This document shows positions 29,659 to 40,209 of a stretch of 64,000 nt of DNA, piece by piece. Each line of letters begins with the position of its first letter. The stretch's first letter is position 1. The position numbers were made by a program, and so were the translations under genes. Under the pieces are notes generated by a model, which saw only the letters and a list, made by a program, of their open reading frames with translations, ran no database searches and had not been told where the DNA came from. The stretch is from Candidatus Enterousia sp. (lineage in GTDB: Bacteria; Pseudomonadota; Alphaproteobacteria; Rs-D84): assembly GCA_045546155.1 (NCBI GenBank), contig JAZQCG010000002.1, positions 74,533 through 138,532 of the forward strand. The letters run 5' to 3'.

Positions 29659-31314
29659 ATGTTAATTGGTTTAAATATTTCAAATATCGTATTAATAGAA
29701 CGTCTGAATCTGGAATTTGGGCGTGGCTTGAACGTGCTGACCGGCGAAACGGGTGCAGGTAAAAGTATTTTAATGGATGCGCTGTCGCTGGCGTTGGGGG
29801 CACGGTCTGATGTTGGGTTGATACGTCACGGGTGTGATATGGCGTCTGTGTCGGCTGAATTTGATTTTGCGCCCGATGCGATACGCGACATTTTAAGTGA
29901 ATTTGATATTGATTGTACCGATGGTGTTATCTTGCGCCGTACGCTTAGCATTGATGGCAAAAGTCGCGCATGGATTAACGATGTGCCAGTATCCGTTAAA
30001 ACACTAAAGAGTGTAGGCGACGCGTTGGTTGAAATTCATGGCCAGTTCGCAAATCATACATTGTTAAATCAGTCTGCGCACCGGCCGACATTGGATGCGT
30101 TTGCAGCGGGCAATATTGATGGGTTTGGCGACATGTTGTTGTCTGTGCGTAATGCATATCGTGAATATCACGATAGCGACAAGCGTTTGAACGAATTGTC
30201 CGATATGCTGTCACGTGCAGAAAGCGAGCGCGAATTTTTAGCACATAACGTAGCAGAACTTGAAAAACTAAATCCGCAGCTGGGCGAAGAAGAAGAATTG
30301 TCTGCACGTCGTGCGGCAATGATGAACGCAGAAAAAAATGCAGCGATATTGGGTGAGGCTATGGAAGCTCTAAATGCGCGTGGTAATTCTTTGGATGCGC
30401 AAATATTTAATGCCGCACATATATTGCAACGTATCAAGTCTGAGCCGAATCCATATTCAGAACAGATTGATAAATTGTACACTGCGGCGGAAATGGTTTC
30501 TGATGTTATGGGCGCGCTAGAACCGGAAACGATGGACGTGGATGACATGGATGCAATCGAAGAACGATTGTTTGCTATTCGTGCGGCTGCGCGCAAGCAT
30601 CGTGTGCCTGCGGATGAATTGCCACAAAAACTATCCGAAATGTCGGCGCAGTTAGCGGTGATTGATAATTCTGATGCGGAATTAAAGCGTGTTAAAAATC
30701 TTCGTGATGTCGCGTTTAATAACTTTAAAACGTACGCTTCCGAATTGTCTAAAATGCGTAAATTGGCGGCGGAAAAAATGCGCGAAAGTATTTTAAAAGA
30801 ATTGCCTGATTTGAAATTGGCCTCGGCTGACTTTGTGGTAGATTGCACAGAATCTGCAGCGTCGTCGTTGGGCACGGACGAAATAACATTTATGATAAAA
30901 ACAAATCCGGGTTCGCCATTTGCGCCATTGCATCGGGCGGCATCTGGTGGCGAATTGGCGCGATTAATGTTGGCGCTGCGCGTAGTGTTGGCGGGTGACG
31001 GGGATGCGCACTCATTTGTGTTTGATGAAATAGATACTGGTATTTCGGGCGCGACTGCATCCGCGGTTGGTGCGCGTTTGAATCGTTTGGCTTCTAAATC
31101 CCAGGCATTGGTTATTACTCATTCTGCCCAGGTTGCGGGTTTTGCAGATCGTCATTTCAAGATTTCTAAAACTGTTGCCGACGATAAAACAACAACCAGT
31201 GTTTCTGAAATTGTTGACACAGACAGGGTTAATGAAATTGCGCGCATTATCAGTGGTGCGGAAATAACACCCGAGTCCATAACGATGGCAAAAACGTTGA
31301 TAAAGAATACTTAA
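29659..31314 (+). CDS. recN: DNA repair protein RecN
   Basis: MLIGLNISNIVLIERLNLEF...GETGAGKSIL. SMC-like coiled coil. C-terminal signature/Walker B DEIDTGISG. Confidence 0.85.
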   Translation: MLIGLNISNIVLIERLNLEFGRGLNVLTGETGAGKSILMDALSLALGARSDVGLIRHGCDMASVSAEFDFAPDAIRDILSEFDIDCTDGVILRRTLSIDGKSRAWINDVPVSVKTLKSVGDALVEIHGQFANHTLLNQSAHRPTLDAFAAGNIDGFGDMLLSVRNAYREYHDSDKRLNELSDMLSRAESEREFLAHNVAELEKLNPQLGEEEELSARRAAMMNAEKNAAILGEAMEALNARGNSLDAQIFNAAHILQRIKSEPNPYSEQIDKLYTAAEMVSDVMGALEPETMDVDDMDAIEERLFAIRAAARKHRVPADELPQKLSEMSAQLAVIDNSDAELKRVKNLRDVAFNNFKTYASELSKMRKLAAEKMRESILKELPDLKLASADFVVDCTESAASSLGTDEITFMIKTNPGSPFAPLHRAASGGELARLMLALRVVLAGDGDAHSFVFDEIDTGISGATASAVGARLNRLASKSQALVITHSAQVAGFADRHFKISKTVADDKTTTSVSEIVDTDRVNEIARIISGAEITPESITMAKTLIKNT

Positions 31315-31317
31315 AAT

Positions 31318-31346
31318 AAAAACCCGCATTTGCGGGTTTTGTTTAT
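31318..31346. terminator. bidirectional terminator AAACCCGCATTTGCGGGTTT
   Basis: Seen in sequence. Confidence 0.6.
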
Positions 31347-31741
31347 TTTTGTTTTTCTGGTTCGTTTGTGTGTTGTTGTAACATGTTTAACAAAGCTTTG
31401 TCTTCTTCGGACATATTTGCCATCAGTCTTTTTGTTTTTTCTTGTTCTTCGTATTTTTTGCTGATTATATCAAAAATATCAAAGACGGCCTTTTGTTCGG
31501 GTGTGGTTTTGTTGGCATTTTCAAACCACTGGATCAATGCGACGGTTTGCCCCATGGCTTCGATTGAGTATAAACCATAGTCCCAACCATTTACGTAAGA
31601 TATTAATTTTTTACCCATTGGGTCAATTACTGTGTACGTGTCAACACCTGGTTCGCGTTTTAATTCAACACGAATATCATTGCGCTTCAGTATTAATTTT
31701 AACTGTGCAGCAATCATAGGATTCAAGTTTTTAATATTCAT
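31343..31741 (-). CDS. hypothetical protein (132 aa)
   Basis: ORF only. Confidence 0.4.
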   Translation of the reverse strand: MNIKNLNPMIAAQLKLILKRNDIRVELKREPGVDTYTVIDPMGKKLISYVNGWDYGLYSIEAMGQTVALIQWFENANKTTPEQKAVFDIFDIISKKYEEQEKTKRLMANMSEEDKALLNMLQQHTNEPEKQK

Positions 31742-31797
31742 TTAAGTGTCCTTTTGGTTATTTCTTGTTATTAAGTATAGTACTAAAATTTATATTA

Positions 31798-33033
31798 TCA
31801 AGACAAAACAACGACTCCGTCTGTAAATTCAATTGTGGCTGGCGTGCCTGCGTCCGTGCGACTAATTATATTATTGTTCATATCACGCACAATGGCATAA
31901 CCGCGACTTAATACGTTTTTATAACTAAGTGATTGCAACATTTGCCCCATATGTGCAATATTTTGCCCCAAGACATTCATGCGATTTGCCAAGATTGTAG
32001 GGAAACCGGCTACGACATCCATCCGTTGGCGGGCAGAATTAATTTTGTTTGTGATTAAAATATTCATTGTGCGCCCAATGTCGTCCATGCGTTGTGTATG
32101 CTCCATAAGAACCTGGTGCGGGCTTTTAATGTTTATGGCCTCAACACGTTGCTTTGCGTTTGATAAACGTGTCAAAAAGCTTGAAGATAATCGTACCCAT
32201 AGATTATCTAACTCTTGAAACAGCGCCAGTTTAGTCGGTACAACCATTTCAGCTGCGCCCGTTGGTGTTGGCGCACGTACGTCGGCGGCAAAGTCAATCA
32301 GCATCCAATCTGGCTCATGTCCCACGCCGGATATTAATGGAATATGGCTGGCGGCGGCTGCGCGCACAACGATTTCTTCGGAAAAAGGCAACAGATCTTC
32401 CAAGCTTCCACCACCACGCGCAACAATGATAACATCAACATTATTCATTTTGTTGAAATATTCAATGCCAGCTGCAACTTCGGCTGCAGCGGTTGCGCCC
32501 TGAACCGTTGCGGGGTATAGTAAAACTTGTACAGGAAAACGCTCGCGCAGGCGGTTCTGAATATCTTGAAATGCCGCGCCGGTCGGACTGGTGACAACAC
32601 CAATGCGTTGTGGTAAATACGGCAAGGGCTTTTTCCGTGACACATCAAACAACCCTTCGGCGGCCAATTTTTGTTTGCGCTCTTCCAGCATTTTAAGGAT
32701 TGCACCCACGCCCGCCATTTCAATTTCATTGATAATAATCTGATAATTGCTGCGTGCTGGATATGTTGTAAAGCGACCGGTAACAACTACTTCCATCCCT
32801 TCTTCAAGCTTGAATGCAATGGGCGTTCCGCGCCAAATGATTGCAGAAATTGCCGCACCTGCATCTTTGACGGTCATATAAATATGCCCCGATGAAGCGC
32901 GTGTAATTTGTGATAATTCGCCACGAATTTTTATGCGCGGAAATGCAGTCTCGACAACACCTTTAAGCAGGCTTGCCGCATCGGTTACACTAAATATAGT
33001 ATCTGGTTTTACAAATGGTTCTGGCTTTTGCAT
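31798..33033 (-). CDS. xseA: exodeoxyribonuclease VII large subunit
   Basis: OB-fold N-terminus and ExoVII_L catalytic region. 411 aa. Confidence 0.8.
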   Translation of the reverse strand: MQKPEPFVKPDTIFSVTDAASLLKGVVETAFPRIKIRGELSQITRASSGHIYMTVKDAGAAISAIIWRGTPIAFKLEEGMEVVVTGRFTTYPARSNYQIIINEIEMAGVGAILKMLEERKQKLAAEGLFDVSRKKPLPYLPQRIGVVTSPTGAAFQDIQNRLRERFPVQVLLYPATVQGATAAAEVAAGIEYFNKMNNVDVIIVARGGGSLEDLLPFSEEIVVRAAAASHIPLISGVGHEPDWMLIDFAADVRAPTPTGAAEMVVPTKLALFQELDNLWVRLSSSFLTRLSNAKQRVEAINIKSPHQVLMEHTQRMDDIGRTMNILITNKINSARQRMDVVAGFPTILANRMNVLGQNIAHMGQMLQSLSYKNVLSRGYAIVRDMNNNIISRTDAGTPATIEFTDGVVVLS

Positions 33034-33037
33034 ATCT

Positions 33038-33529
33038 TTACCGTTTTTCTAGTTCTGCGATTATACGTCTAACAAATTCTGCCTTGTTTGGTGTGGTCAT
33101 TTTATGCATAGGGCGGTTAATTGGCTTGCCCAATTCATACGGTACGCGCAACGGCGCAAATTGATCGCCGGTTGTATCAAATGGCGTATCTGTAAATCGA
33201 TTGTGCATATATACCACCGGTGCATGTTCCCACGCGCCCATTTTTATTGCAGATGGTTTCCACACTGTGTCACCGCCATACAGCTCATATACACAAATAC
33301 TAGACAGGGCACAGAACCCCTTGGTCCATGGCACAAATCCATTAAACCGCAGGTTGCCTACAAACTTACGTCGAAATGCCGGATCTTTGTACATTTTACG
33401 CAGGGTATATGTAATATCATAAAGGCTGTATTGTACATCAGCATATGGCATAACCGCCGCATCAATTTGTGCGGCCTGGGCTAGCAATTTTTGTGTCGCA
33501 GCATCATATTGTTTTACATAATCTTTCAT
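33038..33529 (-). CDS. hypothetical protein
   Basis: ORF 33038..33565, start ambiguous. Confidence 0.35.
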   Translation of the reverse strand: MKDYVKQYDAATQKLLAQAAQIDAAVMPYADVQYSLYDITYTLRKMYKDPAFRRKFVGNLRFNGFVPWTKGFCALSSICVYELYGGDTVWKPSAIKMGAWEHAPVVYMHNRFTDTPFDTTGDQFAPLRVPYELGKPINRPMHKMTTPNKAEFVRRIIAELEKR

Positions 33530-33566
33530 AAGAAAAATAATACCATAAACCGTATAAAAATTCAAT

Positions 33567-34706
33567 TTATAATTCGGTTAATGGCCAACGTGGACGTGGC
33601 GCAATTGGCGATTTTACAGTGCGTCCCACACGATAGTTTTCAATACCTGCCCATGCAATCATTGCGCCGTTGTCTGTGCACAGGTTCATTGGCGGTGCAG
33701 CAAACGTCATTTTGTTTTTAGTTGCTAATTTTTCCAGTGCAGCTCTGATTGCGCTGTTTTTTGCAACGCCCCCCGCCACAACCAATGTCTTGGGTGCTGC
33801 GTTGCGTACGCGTTCGTCGTCCATGGCATTACTTAATCTGTTAACAATACAGTCAACAACCGATGCCTGGAACGAAGCACAGAAGTCGTTTATAAAACTA
33901 TCGCTGTGTGGTGCAGGATTTTTATCTAAAAATGTCCGTGCCGCTGTTTTTATGCCGCTAAATGAAAAATCGCACCCGGGTTTATCGCAAAGTGGTCGTG
34001 GGAATTTAAATGCCTTTGGGTTGCCATCGCGTGCACGTGTGTCCACGATTGGACCGCCTGGATACCCCAGGCCCAGCATTTTTGCAACCTTATCAAAAGC
34101 TTCGCCGGCACTGTCATCCAGTGTTTGTCCGATTAATTCATATTGGCCCACGCCGCGCACTAATAAAATCTGACAATGTCCGCCCGATGCTAACATTAGT
34201 AAATATGGAAAATCGACCTGGGGTGCATCACTGTCACCACTTGCGCCCGCTGCACACAGACGTGGAACTAATGCGTGTCCTTCCAGATGGTTAACTGCAA
34301 CCAATGGCTTGCCGGTTGATTGTGCGATTCCTGTTGCTGTCATCCATCCAACCAGTACGCCACCAATTAATCCCGGTCCCGCTGTTGCGGCGATAATATC
34401 AATATCATCAATTGTTTTGTTGGCGCGCGCCAGTGTTTGATTAATAACCTCATCAATTGCTAATATATGTGCACGTGCGGCTAATTCTGGTACAACACCA
34501 CCAAATTTTTGATGTTCTGGAATCTGAGAGTATATTATGTGAGATAAAATATTGCGATTTGAATCAACAATGGCAGCCGAAGTCTCGTCACATGATGACT
34601 CAATCCCCAAACACAGGGTGGGGCGCGCATCGCTCGCTGTATCCCCGGTCAACGTTCCCATGTCCATATGAATAATTTTTTCATCACTCATTTTATTTAA
34701 TCGCAA
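33567..34706 (-). CDS. tsaD: tRNA N6-adenosine threonylcarbamoyltransferase TsaD (Kae1/YgjD)
   Basis: LGIESSCDETSAAIV, metal-binding HxxxH region, and a GGVAxN motif. Confidence 0.85.
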   Translation of the reverse strand: MRLNKMSDEKIIHMDMGTLTGDTASDARPTLCLGIESSCDETSAAIVDSNRNILSHIIYSQIPEHQKFGGVVPELAARAHILAIDEVINQTLARANKTIDDIDIIAATAGPGLIGGVLVGWMTATGIAQSTGKPLVAVNHLEGHALVPRLCAAGASGDSDAPQVDFPYLLMLASGGHCQILLVRGVGQYELIGQTLDDSAGEAFDKVAKMLGLGYPGGPIVDTRARDGNPKAFKFPRPLCDKPGCDFSFSGIKTAARTFLDKNPAPHSDSFINDFCASFQASVVDCIVNRLSNAMDDERVRNAAPKTLVVAGGVAKNSAIRAALEKLATKNKMTFAAPPMNLCTDNGAMIAWAGIENYRVGRTVKSPIAPRPRWPLTEL

Positions 34707-35385
34707 TAAACGCGACCCCCATTTCGCCCATCTGGCGACGGCGTTTTGAATAATTCATAAAATCTGCATCAACAACATGTCCGGCGGCCGATGATGCATG
34801 GCGCAGCGTTTGTCCCCCTGGTAATAACAATCCCATATGTGTTACTGCTAATTCTGTGCCGATTGTGTCAATGCTGTTTGAATTTGCGCTTATGAAAAGC
34901 ACTATAAGCATTTCTGAATTATCGGGCTGGCTCAAATTTTTATATGGGACATATTCCAGCGACGTAAATTCAGGCGCTATATCTGTATCGATTTTATGAA
35001 CTTTTTTAAGCCAGTTTGCTTTATCAATTGTTAACCGACGTGTTGTTGTTTTGCCATATTGTGCGCTTACATTTTCAACGCGATTTGCGTTGTTTTTTAG
35101 CCAATCTGTTTCAATAAAATGATTGCGGTTCAGAAAGTCGATTTCGCCATCTTTGTATCTGATACGGTTCAGGTTATTAACGTCACCGCCCGCCATCACA
35201 GTTTCAACGAACGTTGTACAATCAAATGCGTCCGTCCGGATAAGTGGGTCTGTGTCGGGTGCGCGTTCTTCGCCTAATGGATCGCGAATATATTTTGCCC
35301 CTAAATAGTTTTCACCATTTGGAAATCCGGGCGCAATTGCGCACCCAGACAACAACAATAATGACACGATTGATATTTTAAACAT
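34693..35385 (-). CDS. hypothetical lipoprotein (LLSGC lipobox)
   Basis: MFKISIVSLLLLSGCAIA. Confidence 0.45.
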   Translation of the reverse strand: MFKISIVSLLLLSGCAIAPGFPNGENYLGAKYIRDPLGEERAPDTDPLIRTDAFDCTTFVETVMAGGDVNNLNRIRYKDGEIDFLNRNHFIETDWLKNNANRVENVSAQYGKTTTRRLTIDKANWLKKVHKIDTDIAPEFTSLEYVPYKNLSQPDNSEMLIVLFISANSNSIDTIGTELAVTHMGLLLPGGQTLRHASSAAGHVVDADFMNYSKRRRQMGEMGVAFIAIK

Positions 35386-35389
35386 GTGA

Positions 35390-35695
35390 CTACAGACTTT
35401 CTTTTAATTGCATGCCCATATTGCACAGGCGCGCTGCATCCGCAATTGTCATTTCGCCAGAATCGGGCAGGGTGGCAATTTTACTAACGCATGCAACAAC
35501 AATGTCGATATTTTCATCGCTGCCAATTAATGTTCGTACGGTTGCTATGCGTTCTTCGTTATTTGCCGACAGCCAATTTTTCAATGAACCGCCACTTAAA
35601 TCTTTGGATCGCAAAGATGCAGTAAAAACAAATAATGCAACAATCAATACGGCTGCACCAATTAAGATTTTAGAATATTTTTTTATAAAATTCAT
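35390..35695 (-). CDS. small membrane-anchored hypothetical protein
   Basis: N-terminal TM helix. Confidence 0.35.
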   Translation of the reverse strand: MNFIKKYSKILIGAAVLIVALFVFTASLRSKDLSGGSLKNWLSANNEERIATVRTLIGSDENIDIVVACVSKIATLPDSGEMTIADAARLCNMGMQLKESL

Positions 35696-36084
35696 CTTAT
35701 GTTCCCCTCTTTATTCATTTGATTCATCAGATGTGAATATTGTGGCAAAATGCGCTGTGCATTTTTCAACAATTCGCCTTCTGACATTTTGTTTGGCGCG
35801 CGGTAATACACCGGGCCTTCGACAATAATTTTTGTTGGTTGGTTTGTCCACATCAATCCATCGCCAAATTTCTGACAATCGATATCCTGGGCGCTTACAC
35901 GATAAATTGTAGTCCATACAGTGCCGTGCTTTAATGGTTCTTTGTGCGACATTGACATTAATTCCTTGGCCTTTTCCAGGCTCAGACACACATAAACAGT
36001 TGTATTATACGGCCACCAGTTTTCTCCAGACCTGTGAGCGCCACCGCCACTTAGCATATAGCCAGTCATTTCTTTGATAATCAT
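35692..36084 (-). CDS. hypothetical protein (130 aa)
   Basis: ORF only; 4-nt overlap with the downstream gene. Confidence 0.35.
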   Translation of the reverse strand: MIIKEMTGYMLSGGGAHRSGENWWPYNTTVYVCLSLEKAKELMSMSHKEPLKHGTVWTTIYRVSAQDIDCQKFGDGLMWTNQPTKIIVEGPVYYRAPNKMSEGELLKNAQRILPQYSHLMNQMNKEGNIR

Positions 36085-36089
36085 AATTA

Positions 36090-36446
36090 CTATTCCTTGT
36101 TCTTACAGTTAACCAACCATACGTCATAGTCTGCGTTTTGCAGTGGTCGCACCCCTGGCTCGTTACGTGACATCCAATTGCTGAATATTGTGCCGTCTGT
36201 CGCTGTTGATATTTCCAAGAAAGCAAAATAATCTTCGGCATCAAATGGATCTGTCTGCTTGCAACTGCGCGCAACGATATTAAGTTTTTCAAACTGCGCA
36301 GTCTGTCCCACTGGTATATCAAGTGAATACGTTTTCCCAGCTGCCTTGTTCATGATACGTAGTGCCACGACTTCGCGGTCGATATACGCGTTTGCCACCC
36401 CCGGCAGGGCACAAGCAAACAATAAAAATGTGACTATTTTTTTCAT
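36090..36446 (-). CDS. secreted hypothetical protein (possibly DUF2155-like, an alphaproteobacterial periplasmic family)
   Basis: Signal peptide MKKIVTFLLFACALPGVANA. Two conserved Cys. Confidence 0.4.
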   Translation of the reverse strand: MKKIVTFLLFACALPGVANAYIDREVVALRIMNKAAGKTYSLDIPVGQTAQFEKLNIVARSCKQTDPFDAEDYFAFLEISTATDGTIFSNWMSRNEPGVRPLQNADYDVWLVNCKNKE

Positions 36447-36517
36447 GTCAAATATATTATCCCGATTAGTGTCCAAAGTCAAATCTATATTCAAATACAT
36501 ATTGACAAATGTGAATT

Positions 36518-37475
36518 GTGTGCAATAATTTTATTATGGTAAAAATAAAAGCAGATACATATTTAGCGTTTCAACGTGCGACCAATCCAAAGATGGCTGA
36601 AAAAGACTATTTGGAATGTCTTGTGCTGGAAAAATTATTCCAAGATGAATATGTTTCTAAAAACCTTGTGTTTGCTGGTGGTGCATCTGTGACCAAGGCG
36701 TATAATATAAGCAACCGTATCGGCCAAGATATTGATTTGGCATGTTCTGATTTCAAGGATATTCCCGATAATCGTTCCAAGAAAAAATTAAATACATTTC
36801 GCAGAGATTTCAAAGCCTATGTTTTCGAAGTAATTAGACCCGCCATCAACAATATTATTAACCAAGACTCGCAATTCATGATATTGACTGATCGTGGATT
36901 GGCATGCACTTGAAAACAAAGAACACTTTATGTCATCGCCCACTTTGCATTTGCTATACAATTCTAAATGCGGCCCAGAAATGGGGCATTTATGTATTGA
37001 AATAATCCCACGCAAATACATGCCAGATACAATTCAATATCGTTCTGTTGTGCCATATTCGGTGGGTAAACCGATGGGCAATATTCCAACGGTTGCGTAT
37101 GAGCAAACTTTTTGGGACAAGGTCTATGCCTTGCACTCAAATGCTTTGTCGTCCGCACCACATTTCGACGAAGGGTTTTCGCGCCATTATTATGATGTCG
37201 CGACATTGGCGCAATATGTCGATTTAGACAAAACATATCACATGTTCAGTGACATAGAAGCGCACCAGAAAAAGTACACTACCAAAGATTTACCAGACGT
37301 AAAAAGTCCATCAGACATTATCCTACTGCCCGATGGCAAAACATTGCATGGGTTGGACACGGATTATCAATCAATCGGCAACGCATTTAATGCGCCACGT
37401 GAAAGCTGGGCTGAAATTGTTCAAATGCTAATCGCGCTGTCGCACAGATTAAAAAATATACAAGGGGGACGTTAA
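36518..37475 (+). pseudogene. AbiEii/AbiGii-family nucleotidyltransferase (type IV TA / abortive-infection toxin family), split by a frameshift near 36894..36913
   Basis: N-terminal ORF carries LVFAGGASVTKAYNISNRIGQDIDLAC (NTase GG..D.D motif). The C-terminal body continues in another frame (36894..37475, GTG-initiated in the ORF track). Confidence 0.55.
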
Positions 37476-37477
37476 AT

Positions 37478-38002
37478 ATGGCTATATACGTATTCTCAGA
37501 TCCGCATTTTGATTCAGAAAAAATTATCGCAAATGGCGAACGTCCGTTTCGCAATGTTGCGCACATGAATAAAACACTGATTGAAAATTATAATTCAGTG
37601 GTTCAAAAGCAAGATATTTGTTATTGGCTGGGGGATGTTATGTATGATGCATCCAAAGAAAAAGTTGCAGCAATATTGCGCCAATTACGCGGTCGCAAAT
37701 ATTTAATCCTTGGGAATCACGATCGTGGACATTCTGAAAAATGGTGGCTAGATGCAGGGTTTGACAAGGTGTTTTCGCATCCTGTTTATATCGCAACGCA
37801 ATATATAATGCTATCGCACGAACCACTGGAAGAATTTGGCAAATCATATCCAATTGCAAATATTCATGGCCATATTCATATCCAAGACTATGACTTTAAA
37901 AATCATGACCAGTGCATAAATGTATCGGTGGAAAAGACAGGGTACAAGCCTGTTTTAATGCAAAATCCATTTATTAAAAAACTTCGCGAATTTAGCAAAT
38001 AA
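37478..38002 (+). CDS. calcineurin-like metallophosphoesterase
   Basis: DPHFD, GDVMYD, GNHD, HGHIH motifs. RBS AAGGGGGA. 3-nt gap after the AbiEii-like gene. Confidence 0.7.
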   Translation: MAIYVFSDPHFDSEKIIANGERPFRNVAHMNKTLIENYNSVVQKQDICYWLGDVMYDASKEKVAAILRQLRGRKYLILGNHDRGHSEKWWLDAGFDKVFSHPVYIATQYIMLSHEPLEEFGKSYPIANIHGHIHIQDYDFKNHDQCINVSVEKTGYKPVLMQNPFIKKLREFSK

Positions 38003-38007
38003 TTAAA

Positions 38008-38040
38008 AAAAATCCCCCAATCGGGGGAATTTTTTTTATT
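38008..38040. terminator. bidirectional terminator AATCCCCCAATCGGGGGAATT
   Basis: Seen in sequence. Confidence 0.65.
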
Positions 38041-38428
38041 TGTTTGTGTTCTTTTCTGCAGATGTTGCTGCCAAGTCTTCGACGATACGCGCCTTTTTAC
38101 CTGACAACCCACGCAAGAAGAACAACTTAGCACGACGTACTTTACCGATACGAACCTTTTCGATTTTTTCAATCGATGGGCTGTACAGTGGGAACTTGCG
38201 TTCTACACCAACACCGTATGATTCACGACGTACTGTAAAGGATGCATTATTGCCCATGCCGCCATCGCGTGCGATAACAACACCTTCGAAAACCTGGATA
38301 CGGAATTTGTCGCCGTCTTTAATTTTAACGTGAACCTTTAATGTATCCCCAGCTTTGAAGTTTGGGATTTTTTTGTCGCCCTTTAATTTTTCAATCTGGG
38401 CTGCTTCGATTTTTTTAATAATGCTCAT
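38036..38428 (-). CDS. rplS: 50S ribosomal protein L19
   Basis: [36 protein letters not shown]... Start trimmed from ORF 38584. Confidence 0.9.
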   Translation of the reverse strand: MSIIKKIEAAQIEKLKGDKKIPNFKAGDTLKVHVKIKDGDKFRIQVFEGVVIARDGGMGNNASFTVRRESYGVGVERKFPLYSPSIEKIEKVRIGKVRRAKLFFLRGLSGKKARIVEDLAATSAEKNTNK

Positions 38429-38430
38429 TT

Positions 38431-39111
38431 TTAGTTTTCCTTTATTAAGTCCGGTCGACGTTCTTTGGTTATGTCGACCGATTGTTGTTTCCGCCACCGT
38501 TCGATATTGCCGTGGTGACCGGACAGCAGGACTTCTGGGACACTTTGTCCACGCCATACTGACGGGCGGGTGTATAACGGCCATTCAAGCCCCCCGATTT
38601 CGAAACTTTCATTTTCTGTGGTGTCTGTTCCACCGTGAACTACATTATCCATCACGCGAACGCAACTGTCAACAAAAACTTGGGCTGCAATTTCGCCGCC
38701 GGACAATATATAATCACCAATGGATAATTCCATTATACCATATTGTTCAATAACGCGTTCATCAATTCCTTCGTACCGACCACACAGCAGGGTGTATGTT
38801 GCATCTTGGTCTGCGATAAATTCGCGTACAATTTTCTGGTTCAGTGTTTTGCCACGTGGTGAAAAATATATAATTTTCCCTGGGTTTTTAATAGAATCCA
38901 ATGCGTCGCCTAAAACATCTGGGCGCATAACCATGCCTGCGCCGCCGCCGAACTGGGTGTCATCAACGCTGCCGTAATTATTGATGGCAAAATCCCGAAT
39001 GTTAATCACATCATACGACCAAATTCCACGCTCCAATGCGCGACCAACCACGCCACCCGACAGTGTGCCTGGAAACATTTCTGGAAAAATAGTCAGTATA
39101 TTAAAGTGCAT
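38431..39111 (-). CDS. trmD: tRNA (guanine37-N1)-methyltransferase
   Basis: [13 protein letters not shown]...SPRG, the SPOUT knot region. Confidence 0.9.
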   Translation of the reverse strand: MHFNILTIFPEMFPGTLSGGVVGRALERGIWSYDVINIRDFAINNYGSVDDTQFGGGAGMVMRPDVLGDALDSIKNPGKIIYFSPRGKTLNQKIVREFIADQDATYTLLCGRYEGIDERVIEQYGIMELSIGDYILSGGEIAAQVFVDSCVRVMDNVVHGGTDTTENESFEIGGLEWPLYTRPSVWRGQSVPEVLLSGHHGNIERWRKQQSVDITKERRPDLIKEN

Positions 39112-39112
39112 T

Positions 39113-39388
39113 TTAATGAACTTTCCCTTTTTCAGCATTAAATCGACAGTTTGTACACATACATTTTCCAATGTCGAACATAATGTTAACTGTTTCAACT
39201 GATGCTGCTTCTGCTAAACGAACAGCGATTTTATCTGGTTCGTTGGCCGGGGTAATAACCTTGGTGTCAATCCCAGCACGATATACCCGCACAACAGGAC
39301 AGCCTGCATCGTATTCCTTTTCTGGCATATTGCATTTTACAACAAACTTTTTACTAATTGCATCAAATTGAAATGTCTTGTTTGGCAT
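39113..39388 (-). CDS. small Cys-containing hypothetical protein inserted between rimM and trmD
   Basis: 91 aa with Cys pairs (KC..GCP, CMCTNC). 1-nt gap to the trmD start. Confidence 0.4.
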   Translation of the reverse strand: MPNKTFQFDAISKKFVVKCNMPEKEYDAGCPVVRVYRAGIDTKVITPANEPDKIAVRLAEAASVETVNIMFDIGKCMCTNCRFNAEKGKVH

Positions 39389-39397
39389 AATTAATCC

Positions 39398-39862
39398 TTA
39401 GTTTACGTATATAATTTTTGCATCCATATCAACGTTTGCGCCAACAAATGATACCATGTCGCCATTTTCCAGCTCTAAAATATCACCTGCGCCATAGTTT
39501 TGTATGCATGCCACGCGCCCAATAATATTGCCACGCTGATTCACGGTCATTCCGATTAAATCAGTCTGGTAATATTCTTGTTCGTCCAGTTTTGGTAAAT
39601 CTTCGCGCCCAATAAACAATTCCGTTCCACGCAGTGTTTCTGCAGCATTTCGGTCATCAAAGCCGTTTACCTTGGCGATAATGATGGTTGAGTTTGGAAT
39701 AACGCGTACAAACCTAAAATCTTTGGATGTAAAACGATCGGAAATCACGTTAAATTTTTTAAAGTCCGATGGTGTATCAGAATATGTCTGAATACGAACT
39801 TCGCCCCGAATTCCCTGGGGGGCAACAATTTTTCCAACCAAGATTTTTTCGTTATTTTTCAT
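39398..39862 (-). CDS. rimM: 16S rRNA processing protein RimM
   Basis: ILVGKIVAPQGIRGEVRI... (PRC barrel). Confidence 0.85.
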   Translation of the reverse strand: MKNNEKILVGKIVAPQGIRGEVRIQTYSDTPSDFKKFNVISDRFTSKDFRFVRVIPNSTIIIAKVNGFDDRNAAETLRGTELFIGREDLPKLDEQEYYQTDLIGMTVNQRGNIIGRVACIQNYGAGDILELENGDMVSFVGANVDMDAKIIYVN

Positions 39863-40184
39863 TTTGTTTTAATTGTTTGATTATATTTTCATAACGTATT
39901 TTTCGAATACACTGTACCTCAGACGTCAGTGGGCATTCGTTACCACTGTCCGATGTAACCATAATACAGTTCATCTTATGTGTGGCCATATAGTCAACCG
40001 CATCACGCCAAGAAGTAAAACGCCAGTCTTTTTGTCTGCAATATGTACCGTCGTACGGACAATCAAATGCCGAACTTGCGCGTCCGTCTTTGTGCAAAGT
40101 GGGTCTCATTATAAACTTTCGTTCATCTGCAAGGCTGCCACCACTAAGCATCATATCTGGATTAACTAATTTATATTCTGACAT
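39852..40184 (-). CDS. small Cys-containing hypothetical protein (110 aa) within the rpsP-rimM interval
   Basis: ORF overlaps the rimM start by 11 nt. Confidence 0.4.
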   Translation of the reverse strand: MSEYKLVNPDMMLSGGSLADERKFIMRPTLHKDGRASSAFDCPYDGTYCRQKDWRFTSWRDAVDYMATHKMNCIMVTSDSGNECPLTSEVQCIRKIRYENIIKQLKQNEK

Positions 40185-40209
40185 AATCTTATTCCAGTCT
40201 GATTACAGA

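Noticed and set aside
30168-30875. 235-aa minus-strand ORF inside recN (Ser/Ala-rich)
   Set aside because: Fully nested antisense to a well-supported recN coding region. Low-complexity product.
33038-33565. Tempting functional call for the 175-aa ORF upstream of xseA
   Set aside because: No motif I can name with confidence. Left as hypothetical rather than guessing.
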